Shown here one piece after another: positions 34,314-44,324 of a stretch of DNA of 64,000 nt. Under the pieces are notes generated by a model. The model did not search any database. It saw only the letters and a program-made list of their open reading frames with translations, and was not told the origin of the DNA. Position 1 is the first letter of the stretch, and every line of letters starts with the position of its first letter. The stretch comes from Bacteroidales bacterium. Its GTDB lineage: Bacteria; Bacteroidota; Bacteroidia; Bacteroidales; UBA1402. The stretch is from assembly GCA_028709215.1 (NCBI GenBank), contig JAQVXI010000004.1:70874-134873 (forward strand), written 5' to 3'. A program made the translations under genes and the position numbers.

Positions 34314-36353
34314 ATGAAAGCAACGACCTTACTCTTAGCCATCTTCGGACTGCAAAGCCTAAGTGCTCAAGTCCTCCTCAGCGATCGACTTCAGGCAACA
34401 TCAGACAGTCTCACAACGGTGCTCACAGAACCTGCCGCCCCCACTGAGCCCACTCGTTACGAACGTGACCGGGATTTTGTGTTGTCCGGACAGATTCTGG
34501 ACGAAGAAACCGGATTTCCGGTTGCCTACGCCACCATTGGCGTAAACGAACTGGGCATCGGAACGGTTAGCAATATGGATGGGAACTGGCAGCTTCAGCT
34601 TCCGGCGGCAGCCGCACACGCCACGCTAAACATCCGCTACTTGGGATACACCAGCAAAGCGGTCGAAATCAATCAACTTCCGGACTCCAGTAAGCTCAAA
34701 CTGCATCAGGCCGGTTTTGAAATCGGTCAAGTGGTGGTCATGCCCGACAGCAGTCTATTTGCTTTTTTGCGTCAGGCATACGAAGCCATCCCCAACAATT
34801 ATCCGATTGAACCAACCCGCGCTCAAGGATTTTATCGAGAAACCCAACGCGTCAACGACAGCCTGTTTCTATATTTCAACGAAGCGGTTCTCAATGTCTA
34901 TAAAAACACCTACCGAAACAACAAAAATTTCGGTCAGATCGAAATCGAAAAATCACGGAAAAACGTATTTCCCAACATCGACAGCATCAACGACGTCCGT
35001 TTTTACGGAGGTCCCCACTTTCCAAACGATTTAGACATTGTATTTAGTCGATGGGATTTCATCAAACCCTCCCAGTTTAGAGATTGGAAATTTGAAGTAG
35101 TTGGCCTGTATAGTGACAGCCTGTCTGAGGTGTACACCATTTCGTTCAAAAATAAAAAAGCGCCCAATTCAAACTTTCAAGGCCGCATGTACATCGATAA
35201 GAACTCGTTGGCCTATCTAGGTTTTGATATGCGAAGAGCCGGTCCTGCAACGATGGGACAAACAGCAACGCCCTCTGCTGCATCCTATATTTCCGGCAAT
35301 ACCAGCATCAAAATCGGATACAACAAACTCGACGGAAAATACCATCTGAACTACATCAACTACAAAACAAACGGAATCAATACCAGCAGCAAAAACTGGG
35401 TATTCAAGGATATCGAATACGTAACAACCAACATCGAGACCAAATCGGTTTTTCCCATCCCTTATAACAAGCAATTTGACTACACCGATATTCTATCCAT
35501 CGAAGCCGCCAATTACGATCAATCCTACTGGAAAGATTACAACATCCTACAGGAAAGTCAACTGCTAAGTGAGCAAACACAACTGTTGTATCAACAGGAA
35601 GAAGCCATTGCTCAATTGGCCCGTACCTACAACCAAGAACTGACGCAAGAAGAAAAGCTGCTACGCTTTATGAAACGTTTCACCTTTGACGGTGGCATTT
35701 CTTACCATCCCATGCGCATGGATGGCGGATTGCATCAGATCTCGTACAACAACAGTCCGGTCGCAGAAAAAGACCTTGCTTCGGGCAATTTCGCACTGGC
35801 AACCACCGACGGGCTCCATTTTGAATTAAACAAACACTGGCAGCTTTTTACACGCCTTTCTGCCGTGCTTTACGGAATGGATCAGGTTCAATGGGATCTG
35901 GGAATCAATTACCGGCATCCGGTTTTCCCCAGTGGAAGATGGGTTTTTCTGGACCTTGGCCTGGCCGGATATACGGCAAGCAGCAAAATTAAACTCGCCA
36001 CAATGAACAACAGTGCCGGACTTCGTATAGACGGCAAGGAAATGGACTCAAAAACCCTGCAAGTTTCTGCCGGTCAATCCGATTTGGGAGCCAAGGCCTT
36101 ACTGGGTTTATCCGTTCGAATGGGCAAACAATACGAAATCTTTGTCGAAGGCAACTACGCATTGCCCTTTATCAAAAACAAATCGTATGTGCAATTTAAG
36201 GAAAAAGAGGGCTTTTTTCTTACCCGCAAATCGGCAAAAGCAGACTGGGACGACCCCAATCTGAATGTACTCGTAGACGGTAATAGACGAATAGAACCCA
36301 GCTTTGTTGTTGAGCCTTGGTATTTACGACTGGGCATCCGTTCCGGATTCTGA
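34314..36353 (+). CDS. carboxypeptidase-regulatory-like domain outer membrane protein
   Basis: 679 aa. Signal peptide. CarboxypepD_reg-like N-terminal domain (VLSGQILDEETGFPVAYATIGV...GTVSNMDGNWQL). C-terminal beta-barrel-like region. Confidence 0.6.
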   Translation: MKATTLLLAIFGLQSLSAQVLLSDRLQATSDSLTTVLTEPAAPTEPTRYERDRDFVLSGQILDEETGFPVAYATIGVNELGIGTVSNMDGNWQLQLPAAAAHATLNIRYLGYTSKAVEINQLPDSSKLKLHQAGFEIGQVVVMPDSSLFAFLRQAYEAIPNNYPIEPTRAQGFYRETQRVNDSLFLYFNEAVLNVYKNTYRNNKNFGQIEIEKSRKNVFPNIDSINDVRFYGGPHFPNDLDIVFSRWDFIKPSQFRDWKFEVVGLYSDSLSEVYTISFKNKKAPNSNFQGRMYIDKNSLAYLGFDMRRAGPATMGQTATPSAASYISGNTSIKIGYNKLDGKYHLNYINYKTNGINTSSKNWVFKDIEYVTTNIETKSVFPIPYNKQFDYTDILSIEAANYDQSYWKDYNILQESQLLSEQTQLLYQQEEAIAQLARTYNQELTQEEKLLRFMKRFTFDGGISYHPMRMDGGLHQISYNNSPVAEKDLASGNFALATTDGLHFELNKHWQLFTRLSAVLYGMDQVQWDLGINYRHPVFPSGRWVFLDLGLAGYTASSKIKLATMNNSAGLRIDGKEMDSKTLQVSAGQSDLGAKALLGLSVRMGKQYEIFVEGNYALPFIKNKSYVQFKEKEGFFLTRKSAKADWDDPNLNVLVDGNRRIEPSFVVEPWYLRLGIRSGF

Positions 36354-38432
36354 AAGATCTTGATGCAGATATTCGGTTACCTGAGGAGGAACATCCTTGA
36401 GATCCGGATACTCAATACGACCGTGATAGAAGGAAAGGAGTTTTTGTTTAAACACATTTTTTAAACGTTCCAGATCACGAAACGTGATGGGTACATTTTT
36501 GTAGAATCCTTCCTTAATCTGAGCATCGATGATCCTTTCAACCAAATCAGAGATGCTCTGCTCAGAATAGTTCTTCAGTGTCCTGGAGGACGCTTCGACG
36601 GCATCTGCCATCATCAAGATGGCCGTTTCTTTTGTCGCCGGATTATCACCTTTGTAATAGAAGGCTTCGGGAATCTCTTCTCCCGGATGTTTTTGCATGT
36701 ATTGATTCAAAAAAAAGCGAACGACACCCACCCCATGATGCGAACGGATAAAATCCCGTATCGCAAGGGGCAGTTTATGCTTGTGTGCCAATTTCAAACC
36801 ATCGGTCACATGACTGGTGATGATGGCTGCACTTTCCTCCGGTGATAGGGCATCGTGTGGATTGTAACCGGATTGATTCTCTACAAAGTAAATGGGATTG
36901 CTTATTTTCCCAATGTCATGATACAAAGCACCCGTTCGTGCAAGTTGTACGTTGGCATTGATCTCCTGCGCGGCTGCCGTTGCCAAATTGGATACCTGAA
37001 GGGAATGCTGAAAACTACCCGGACAACTCTCCGAAAACTGTCTTAATAGCGGATTATTGATGTTTGAAAGTTCCACGAGCGTCACATTGGATGTGTAACC
37101 AAACATCCATTCAAACACATAAATCAAAAGGTAAGAAAACAGTAGCAGTGCCGCATTCAAAAAGAAATACAGAAATTTATACGGGTCCACCCGATGCATA
37201 TAGCCTTCCTGAATCAAGGTGATTCCAAAATACATTACGGCATAGGTGACAAAGACCAGCAAGGCACAAAAAACCAATTGGGAACGTTGAGTCAAGTCCT
37301 TCAAGGAATAGACCGAAGCCATACCTGCCGTAATCTGCAAAAGCAAAAACTCATACGGGTACGATACAATGGTTGAGCTGATCAGTACCGTAATGATGTG
37401 CGCAAAAAGTGCCGTTCGCGAATCGAAAAACGTACGCACCATGATCGGCAAGATTGCATACGGAATGATGTATACGTTGATGGATCCCTGTTTTACGACA
37501 AAGGATGTCAACAAAACCAGACCCGTTATATTGATTAAAATAAAAACCACATTGGCCTTGCGCTGATAGGTAAAAGGGCGGAAAAACCAAAGAAATAGAA
37601 ACTGCAATAAAAAAAGGCCAAAAACAAGGACGTATTGCCCAATCAACACTCCGTTGCTGCCGGACGCCTCCGACCGAGCCTCGGCCGTTCGCTTTAAGGA
37701 ACTCAGTATCTGATACGTATCGGCTGTAATGATTTCCCCCCGATCGATGATACGCTCTCCCCGCTGTAGCATACCGGAAGTCTGAGATAATTGACTTATA
37801 ACTTGTGCCTTACCACGATCCGTCGCCGCTTCGTCCAAGGCTAGATTTTCCATCAGGTAATCGGTGAGTTTGAGATTGCGCAGCACAGACTCTTCAATGG
37901 AAGGAGGCAGGTTCTGAAAAACCGCTTCGTAGGCTTTGCGAGACGTAAACAACGACTCGATTGGGCGCACAACGACTTCATTTTGATGGACCAATCGCAC
38001 TTCTTTGACCGAATCCTTCATCAGCTGCTGCAACAAATCCGGAGAAACGATGCCTGCGTGATAAATCCAACGCAATTGTTCACTCACATACCGCAGGTAT
38101 TCGACCGGAACGGACACCCTTAAATAGGAGGTATAATTCGTCCGCAATTTTTGTTGAGCGGTTTGAATGACGGCGGTATCCAGCAACAAAAAAGGTTGAA
38201 ACTCCGATAACGCCTGCTCCTTTTCGGCATCGATGATGCTGTCCGTCTTAAAAATCTGAAAATCATACGGAGCAGTCATCAAGCCGTAACGCCAGGGTTT
38301 ACCTTCCTGGAAGCTGTATCGGAAACGTCCCTCACGCGGAAACGACTGAGCAATCAGTAATACACTCAGCAGAAAAAAGGCAACCTTAATGAGGTTTTGT
38401 ATGAGGTTTTCTTTGAAGGTAAGCTTTTTCAT
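36324..38432 (-). CDS. 7TM-receptor HD-domain phosphohydrolase (HDIG; PgpH/YqfF-like)
   Basis: 702 aa. Extracellular N-terminal domain, seven TM helices, and a C-terminal HD domain with HSLQVSNL and GALYHDIGK. Confidence 0.85.
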   Translation of the reverse strand: MKKLTFKENLIQNLIKVAFFLLSVLLIAQSFPREGRFRYSFQEGKPWRYGLMTAPYDFQIFKTDSIIDAEKEQALSEFQPFLLLDTAVIQTAQQKLRTNYTSYLRVSVPVEYLRYVSEQLRWIYHAGIVSPDLLQQLMKDSVKEVRLVHQNEVVVRPIESLFTSRKAYEAVFQNLPPSIEESVLRNLKLTDYLMENLALDEAATDRGKAQVISQLSQTSGMLQRGERIIDRGEIITADTYQILSSLKRTAEARSEASGSNGVLIGQYVLVFGLFLLQFLFLWFFRPFTYQRKANVVFILINITGLVLLTSFVVKQGSINVYIIPYAILPIMVRTFFDSRTALFAHIITVLISSTIVSYPYEFLLLQITAGMASVYSLKDLTQRSQLVFCALLVFVTYAVMYFGITLIQEGYMHRVDPYKFLYFFLNAALLLFSYLLIYVFEWMFGYTSNVTLVELSNINNPLLRQFSESCPGSFQHSLQVSNLATAAAQEINANVQLARTGALYHDIGKISNPIYFVENQSGYNPHDALSPEESAAIITSHVTDGLKLAHKHKLPLAIRDFIRSHHGVGVVRFFLNQYMQKHPGEEIPEAFYYKGDNPATKETAILMMADAVEASSRTLKNYSEQSISDLVERIIDAQIKEGFYKNVPITFRDLERLKNVFKQKLLSFYHGRIEYPDLKDVPPQVTEYLHQDLSESGTDAQS

Positions 38433-38454
38433 TCTTGATAATCAATTTGATACA

Positions 38455-38462
38455 CAAAGGTA
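38455..38462 (-). promoter_or_regulatory. -7 promoter box (TACCTTTG) for the HD-domain gene
   Basis: The minus strand reads TACCTTTG, 23 nt upstream of the ATG at 38432. Confidence 0.35.
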
Positions 38463-38530
38463 CAGGGCTGTTAAAAGTACAAAAAAATTAAACACAGACG
38501 CGTCTACAAGTGAAATTCTTGAAAAAAGCG

Positions 38531-38538
38531 TACTTTTG
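38531..38538 (+). promoter_or_regulatory. -7 promoter box (TACTTTTG) for gltX
   Basis: Matches TAnnTTTG, 29 nt upstream of the ATG at 38567. Confidence 0.4.
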
Positions 38539-38566
38539 TCGCATTGTTTGTACAAAAATACACATC

Positions 38567-40132
38567 ATGCCCCTTCAAAAAAACATTCGCGTGCGTTTTG
38601 CACCCAGTCCAACCGGGCCCCTACACATCGGTGGCGTACGCACCGCTCTTTACAATTACCTATTTGCAAAAAAACACGGTGGTCAATGCATTCTACGCAT
38701 TGAAGATACCGATTCGGGGCGTTTTGTGCCCGGAGCCGAAGCATACATCATTGATGCATTGGCTTGGCTTGGCATTCGTTTTGACGAAGGTACCGTGCAA
38801 GGAGGTCCCTTTGCTCCGTATCGGCAATCCGAACGCAAAGCAATCTATAAGACCTATGTGGATCAACTGATTTCTGAAGGCAAGGCGTATATTGCCTTTG
38901 ACACACCGGCTCAATTGGATCAAAAGCGTGCCGAGATCAGCAATTTCCAATACGATGCCAGCACACGCATGCAAATGATCAACAGCTTGACCTGTTCGGC
39001 AGAAGCGGTACAAGCCCGCATGGATCAGGGAGAACCCTATGTGGTTCGCTTTAAGGTGGAACCGGATCAGGAAGTTCGAATTTCCGATCTCATTCGCGGT
39101 GACGTCTCCTTTCAGTCCAACGTTCTGGATGACAAAGTTCTTTTCAAATCGGCCGACCAGTTGCCTACCTATCATTTGGCAAACATTGTAGATGATCACC
39201 TGATGGAGATCAGCCACGTCATCCGGGGAGAAGAATGGTTGCCCTCCGCTCCCCTGCATGTCCTTTTATACAAAGCACTGGGTTGGGAAGACAGCATGCC
39301 CTCTTTTGCCCACCTGCCCCTTTTGCTCAAGCCCGAAGGCAATGGAAAACTAAGCAAACGCGACGGCGATCGCCTTGGCTTTCCGGTTTTCCCCTGTGAC
39401 TGGACCGACCCCAAAACGGGCGACAAGAGCTCAGGCTATCGTGAAGCCGGTTACTTCCCGGAAGCAGTAATCAACTTTTTGGCCTTACTGGGTTGGAATC
39501 CTGGAGACGATCAGGAAGTCCGTTCCATGGAAGAACTCATTCGGGATTTTTCTTTGGAGAAATGCAGCAAAAGCGGTGCCCGCTTTGATTACGAAAAAGG
39601 CAAATGGTTCAACCATCAATACCTGCTAAGCAAAACGCCGGAAACGTTGGCTGAGGCCTTTCGTGAAACCTTGATTTCAAAAGGTTTTCAACCGGATGCA
39701 AACGAACAAACCGAATTTAACGCAACAGACTCCCATATTTCCATGGGATACATTGTAAAAGCCATCGCGCTGGTCAAAGAACGGGCAACCTTTGTCTCTG
39801 ATTTTTGGGAACAGGCCGGATTCTTTTTTGAACGTCCCAATACCTATGCCGAGAAGAACGTCAAAAAATTCTGGAAAGCCGATACGGCAAACTTGATGCA
39901 AGCGCTGTACGAACAGCTCGATCAACTGGACTGTTCCGATCCGCACGCAACCGAAACGGCCGTGATGGATTGGATCAATCGCAACGAATACAAGACCGGA
40001 GCGGTGATGAATGCATTCCGACTGAGTCTGGTGGGTGAATCCAAAGGGCCGCATTTGTTTGACATCGTTGCCCTGCTCGGAAAAAAAGAAAGTTTGCTCC
40101 GTCTGAAGCAAGCCATCGAAACGCTTAAGTAA
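38567..40132 (+). CDS. gltX: glutamate--tRNA ligase
   Basis: Trimmed to the ATG at 38567 ([23 protein letters not shown], with the HIGH motif). KLSKR (KMSKS-type) motif at [10 protein letters not shown]. Confidence 0.93.
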   Translation: MPLQKNIRVRFAPSPTGPLHIGGVRTALYNYLFAKKHGGQCILRIEDTDSGRFVPGAEAYIIDALAWLGIRFDEGTVQGGPFAPYRQSERKAIYKTYVDQLISEGKAYIAFDTPAQLDQKRAEISNFQYDASTRMQMINSLTCSAEAVQARMDQGEPYVVRFKVEPDQEVRISDLIRGDVSFQSNVLDDKVLFKSADQLPTYHLANIVDDHLMEISHVIRGEEWLPSAPLHVLLYKALGWEDSMPSFAHLPLLLKPEGNGKLSKRDGDRLGFPVFPCDWTDPKTGDKSSGYREAGYFPEAVINFLALLGWNPGDDQEVRSMEELIRDFSLEKCSKSGARFDYEKGKWFNHQYLLSKTPETLAEAFRETLISKGFQPDANEQTEFNATDSHISMGYIVKAIALVKERATFVSDFWEQAGFFFERPNTYAEKNVKKFWKADTANLMQALYEQLDQLDCSDPHATETAVMDWINRNEYKTGAVMNAFRLSLVGESKGPHLFDIVALLGKKESLLRLKQAIETLK

Positions 40133-40133
40133 T

Positions 40134-41381
40134 ATGATGTATCAAATCGGCTTTACGCTGTATATCTTTCTTTTTCGTCTGATTGCCCTACGGCACAAAA
40201 AGGCGAAAAAGATGGTTCAAGGACACAGAAACACTTGGAACGTCCTTCAGTCCGATCAACTGAAGGACAAACACCCCATTTGGTTTCACGCGGCTTCACT
40301 GGGAGAATTTGAACAGGGTCGGCCGTTGATCGAACGCATTCGAAAAGAACAGCCGGATAAAACATTGCTACTTACCTTCTACTCTCCTTCCGGTTATGAA
40401 GTGCGCAAAAACTACGAAGGGGTAGACCAGGTGTTGTACCTTCCCTTTGATACGAAACACAACGTACGTCGTTTTCTGGATGCCGTCCAACCGGAAATGG
40501 TTTTTTTCATCAAATACGAATTCTGGCCCAACTACCTGACCCAGCTCAAAAAAAGGGGCATTCCAACGTACCTGATTTCCGGTATTTTCCGGGACAATCA
40601 ACTGTTCTTCAGACCCTATGGCGGGTTTTACCGACGTTTGTTGACCAGCTTTCATACCCTCTTTGTACAAAACGACGCTTCCTTCAAACGATTATCTGAT
40701 ATTGGACAGGGTGACAAAACCGTTGTTGCCGGTGACACTCGATATGATCGAGTATTGGACGTAAAGCGGGAGGCGCAGTCCTACGAGATTATGGAAACGT
40801 TTCAACAGGAAGCGAATAGGCAATCCTCCGTCTTGCTGATTGCCGGCAGTACCTGGCCGGAAGACGAGCAAATCCTAGTTCCATTCATCAACCAACAAAA
40901 ACAGCTGCGCCTGGTCATTGCTCCCCATCAGATTGATGAAGGACATCTGAAACAGATTGAATCCCAACTGAACCGAAAAACACTTCGATACAGTCGGGCC
41001 AACGCCGATAACATCACACAGGCCGAAGTGCTGCTCATCGACAGCTTTGGCATGTTATCGAGTTTGTACCGTTACGGAAAAATTGCCTATATTGGGGGAG
41101 GTTTTGGTGCCGGTATCCACAACACTTTGGAAGCGGCGGTATACAGCATTCCGGTTTTGTTTGGTCCCAAACATCAAAAATTTAACGAAGCCCGTATGTT
41201 GCTGGAAGCCGAGGGTGGATTTTGCATCAAAAACGAAACCGATTTTCAAACAATAATGCTTCATTTCCTGCATTCCGAAGCCGATCGGCAACACGCCGGT
41301 GATTGTGCCGGACGCTTGGTGAAACAAAGCAGTGGGGGAACCGATCTTATTTATAACCGTTTGTTTGATACCAAGTCATGA
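40134..41381 (+). CDS. waaA: 3-deoxy-D-manno-octulosonic acid (Kdo) transferase
   Basis: 415 aa. N-terminal membrane helix. Motifs IWFHAASLGEFEQGRPLI and ...AYIGGGFGAGIHNTLEAA. Starts 1 nt after the gltX stop. Confidence 0.88.
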   Translation: MMYQIGFTLYIFLFRLIALRHKKAKKMVQGHRNTWNVLQSDQLKDKHPIWFHAASLGEFEQGRPLIERIRKEQPDKTLLLTFYSPSGYEVRKNYEGVDQVLYLPFDTKHNVRRFLDAVQPEMVFFIKYEFWPNYLTQLKKRGIPTYLISGIFRDNQLFFRPYGGFYRRLLTSFHTLFVQNDASFKRLSDIGQGDKTVVAGDTRYDRVLDVKREAQSYEIMETFQQEANRQSSVLLIAGSTWPEDEQILVPFINQQKQLRLVIAPHQIDEGHLKQIESQLNRKTLRYSRANADNITQAEVLLIDSFGMLSSLYRYGKIAYIGGGFGAGIHNTLEAAVYSIPVLFGPKHQKFNEARMLLEAEGGFCIKNETDFQTIMLHFLHSEADRQHAGDCAGRLVKQSSGGTDLIYNRLFDTKS

Positions 41382-42304
41382 AAGAATACGCGCCCATCGT
41401 TTTCATTGCATTCAACCGCCCCGACCATACGGAGCAGGTACTGAAAGCATTGGCGCAAGACCCGCTGGCTTCCTCCAGCAAACTTTATGCTTTTTCGGAT
41501 GCAGCACGCAATCGTGAGGAAGAGCCGGTCGTTGCAGAAGTCCGCAGACGCATACACAGGCAAAGGGGTTTCTTATCGGTAGAATGCATCGAACGAAGTG
41601 AAAACTTTGGTTGCAGCCGCTCTGTACTTACCGCTGTTGAAACCGTATTGGCCCTACACGGACGTTGCATCGTACTCGAAGACGACGTGCTACCTTACCC
41701 GTTGTTTTTGCGCTACATGAACCAATTTCTGGATGTCTATGCTGACGACCCCACCGTATTCAGCATCGGCGCATACAGCCATCCTTTTGATCTCCCTGTC
41801 GGTTATAAGCAACAAACGTTTTTACTCAACCGCTCCTGTTCGTGGGGTTGGGCAACCTGGCAGCGTGCGTGGAATTGCATTTCTACTGACCCTCAATCAT
41901 TGCATCAGGGTATGCAGGATCCCTGCATACGCAAGCAATTTGCCCGTGACTGCGGTGAAGATGTGTTGCGCACCTATCAAAACGCATCGGATATTTGGGA
42001 TTTGCGTTTGTGCTTTCAACAATGGAAGCACAAACTCAACACCGTTTTTCCCATTCAACCCATGGTGCGCAACATCGGACGGGACGGAAGCGGAACGCAC
42101 TATCATGCAACCGCCAGGCGTTCCAGGGACAAAAACAACGCACCCGTTCAGTTGCCGGAAGCCATTCGACTGAGCCAAATCGACCCCGCATTAATGCGCT
42201 CATATTACAAACCGTTTCACAAATCCTTCTTGCGCAAAGCCGCCGTTTTTGTGAGCCGCAAAATGGGCCTCTATAATTTTCTTTTAAAGCATCTGGAAGT
42301 ATGA
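41378..42304 (+). CDS. putative GT-A-fold glycosyltransferase (family not resolvable by eye)
   Basis: 308 aa. N-terminus APIVFIAFNRPDHTEQVLKAL and the acidic motif IVLEDDV are typical of GT-A enzymes. ATGA overlap with waaA. Confidence 0.5.
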   Translation: MKEYAPIVFIAFNRPDHTEQVLKALAQDPLASSSKLYAFSDAARNREEEPVVAEVRRRIHRQRGFLSVECIERSENFGCSRSVLTAVETVLALHGRCIVLEDDVLPYPLFLRYMNQFLDVYADDPTVFSIGAYSHPFDLPVGYKQQTFLLNRSCSWGWATWQRAWNCISTDPQSLHQGMQDPCIRKQFARDCGEDVLRTYQNASDIWDLRLCFQQWKHKLNTVFPIQPMVRNIGRDGSGTHYHATARRSRDKNNAPVQLPEAIRLSQIDPALMRSYYKPFHKSFLRKAAVFVSRKMGLYNFLLKHLEV

Positions 42305-43554
42305 AAGTCGCCTTTTACATGGATTTCGCAAACATGAAAACCGGTGGCGTCTACATCTACGCCAAAGGGGTGCTCAACGGACTGGTTCAGTCCGAACGTA
42401 TTGAGAAAATTTACCTCTTGCATCGGGAGGACATCCAGGATGTGATCGCAGACTTCACCCAGAATCCCAAAATCGAACACGTTGTCTTTTCGCAACGTTC
42501 GACGGGATTTAAGCTGCGCCAGGCTGCCAGTTATTTCTTGCTCAATACAGCGAGCCTGTATGCCCAGGATTTTCAAAAATATTTCCCAAAACGGAACGTG
42601 TCAAAACGTTTGAAGCAATTGGCCTACAGACTCAACCCCTTGCGTTCCCTTGTGAACCGGCTGGATGCGGACGTTGTCCACATTCCACTCAATATACCGC
42701 CCATTTTTGGCATTAACAAAGCGCTTGTCATCACCGTTCACGACGTGCAGGAGATTCATTTTCCAGCCTATTTTGATGCCAATGAACGCATGCGGCGTGC
42801 CGTCAATTACAAAGTCGGTATGGATGAAGCCGATGGTGTTGTCGTCTGGTTTGATCACGTAAAAGAAGATTTGCAGCGTTATTTCCAATTGGATGCCGCT
42901 CGCATCCGATCCTGTTTACCACCGGTGGCAAACGATTGGTTTGAACACGTCCAAGCCAGCACACCGGATACGCTGCAAGATCGATACCACCTGAACAAGC
43001 CCTACGTTTTTTATCCCGCAGCCACCTGGGAACACAAAAACCACCTGGTCTTACTGCAGGCACTGATGAAAGTTCGACAAAATCATCCCGACGTTCAATT
43101 GGTTTGCACCGGACATCAAAGCGAATACATGCAACACATCCGATCGTGGATGGAAACCAACCAAACCGACTGGGTGCATTTTTTGGGCATCGTAGAGGAA
43201 TCGGACTTGCTTGGTTTGTATCAGCATGCAGAAATGGTTGTTTTTCCAAGCCTGTACGAAGGAGGAGGCATACCCGCATTTGAAGCCATGCGCATGGGTA
43301 TTCCCATCCTTTGCTCCAACATCTATCCCTTCCGTCAATCCATCGGTTCGGAACGATTCCTGTTTGATCCAAATCAACCCGACGATGTGGCAGATAAAAT
43401 CAACCGCATGCTGGAAGAGGCAGACTATCGAAACGAAAATTTGAAGAACAGTCGCAGCCAAACGCAAAAATTCAACGAAATGGATGCTGCATCCTCCTTT
43501 ATTCAGGCATATACAGAAGCCATTGCGTACAAACAATCAAACGTGGAGGCATGA
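42301..43554 (+). CDS. GT-B-fold glycosyltransferase (GT4/glycosyl transferase group 1)
   Basis: 417 aa. C-terminal group-1 motif: FPSLYEGGGIPAFEAMRMGIPILCSN. ATGA overlap with the upstream gene. Confidence 0.8.
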   Translation: MKVAFYMDFANMKTGGVYIYAKGVLNGLVQSERIEKIYLLHREDIQDVIADFTQNPKIEHVVFSQRSTGFKLRQAASYFLLNTASLYAQDFQKYFPKRNVSKRLKQLAYRLNPLRSLVNRLDADVVHIPLNIPPIFGINKALVITVHDVQEIHFPAYFDANERMRRAVNYKVGMDEADGVVVWFDHVKEDLQRYFQLDAARIRSCLPPVANDWFEHVQASTPDTLQDRYHLNKPYVFYPAATWEHKNHLVLLQALMKVRQNHPDVQLVCTGHQSEYMQHIRSWMETNQTDWVHFLGIVEESDLLGLYQHAEMVVFPSLYEGGGIPAFEAMRMGIPILCSNIYPFRQSIGSERFLFDPNQPDDVADKINRMLEEADYRNENLKNSRSQTQKFNEMDAASSFIQAYTEAIAYKQSNVEA

Positions 43555-44324
43555 ACACACCAACGTTTAGCATCATCACCGTTTGCTATCAGGCGCTTGA
43601 CACGTTGCCCTCAACCATGGATAGCCTCCTGCACCAAACCTGCAACGACTTTGATTATTGGATCGTGGACGGAGGTTCAACCGACGGAAGTTTGGAACTC
43701 ATCCAACAATACATTCCTTCGTTTGAAAAAAAGGGAATACGTCTGCACCTGAGCAGTGAAGCGGACAAAGGAATCTACGATGCGATGAACAAAGGCTTAA
43801 AAAAAGCCGAAGGAATGTACCTCTGTTTTCTAAATGCCGGAGACAGTCTGTATGCAGACGATACGTTGGAAAAAATCAAGCAAACCCTCTCCGGCTCCAA
43901 TCAACCGGATTTCGTTTACGGGGAAACCATTATTGTCGATAAAAACGGGGATATTCTTGGAAACAGAAGACTCACTGCCCCAAAAGCGCTTCATTGGAAA
44001 CACTTCCGCATGGGCATGCGTGTGTGTCATCAAGCCATGTTCGTCAAACGTAGTCTTGCCCCCTCCTTTGATACCAAATACCGCTATTCTTCCGATTTTG
44101 ACTGGAGCATTCGCTGCCTGAAATCGGCTAAAAACATCCTCAACACCCACCTCATTCATGTACGGTTTTTGGATGGAGGCGTATCAAAAACCCGAATGAA
44201 AGCCTCACTGGCCGAACGCTTTGCCATCATGAGACAACATTACGGTTTGGTACCGACCGCCTTACGACACCTTTGGTTTGTCGTACGTGCCGCCTGGTTC
44301 AAGCTGCTTCACGGTTGGATTTGA
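43551..44324 (+). CDS. glycosyltransferase family 2
   Basis: 257 aa. Motifs FSIITVCYQALDTLPSTMDSL, WIVDGGSTDGS, LNAGD. ATGA overlap with the upstream gene. Confidence 0.85.
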   Translation: MNTPTFSIITVCYQALDTLPSTMDSLLHQTCNDFDYWIVDGGSTDGSLELIQQYIPSFEKKGIRLHLSSEADKGIYDAMNKGLKKAEGMYLCFLNAGDSLYADDTLEKIKQTLSGSNQPDFVYGETIIVDKNGDILGNRRLTAPKALHWKHFRMGMRVCHQAMFVKRSLAPSFDTKYRYSSDFDWSIRCLKSAKNILNTHLIHVRFLDGGVSKTRMKASLAERFAIMRQHYGLVPTALRHLWFVVRAAWFKLLHGWI

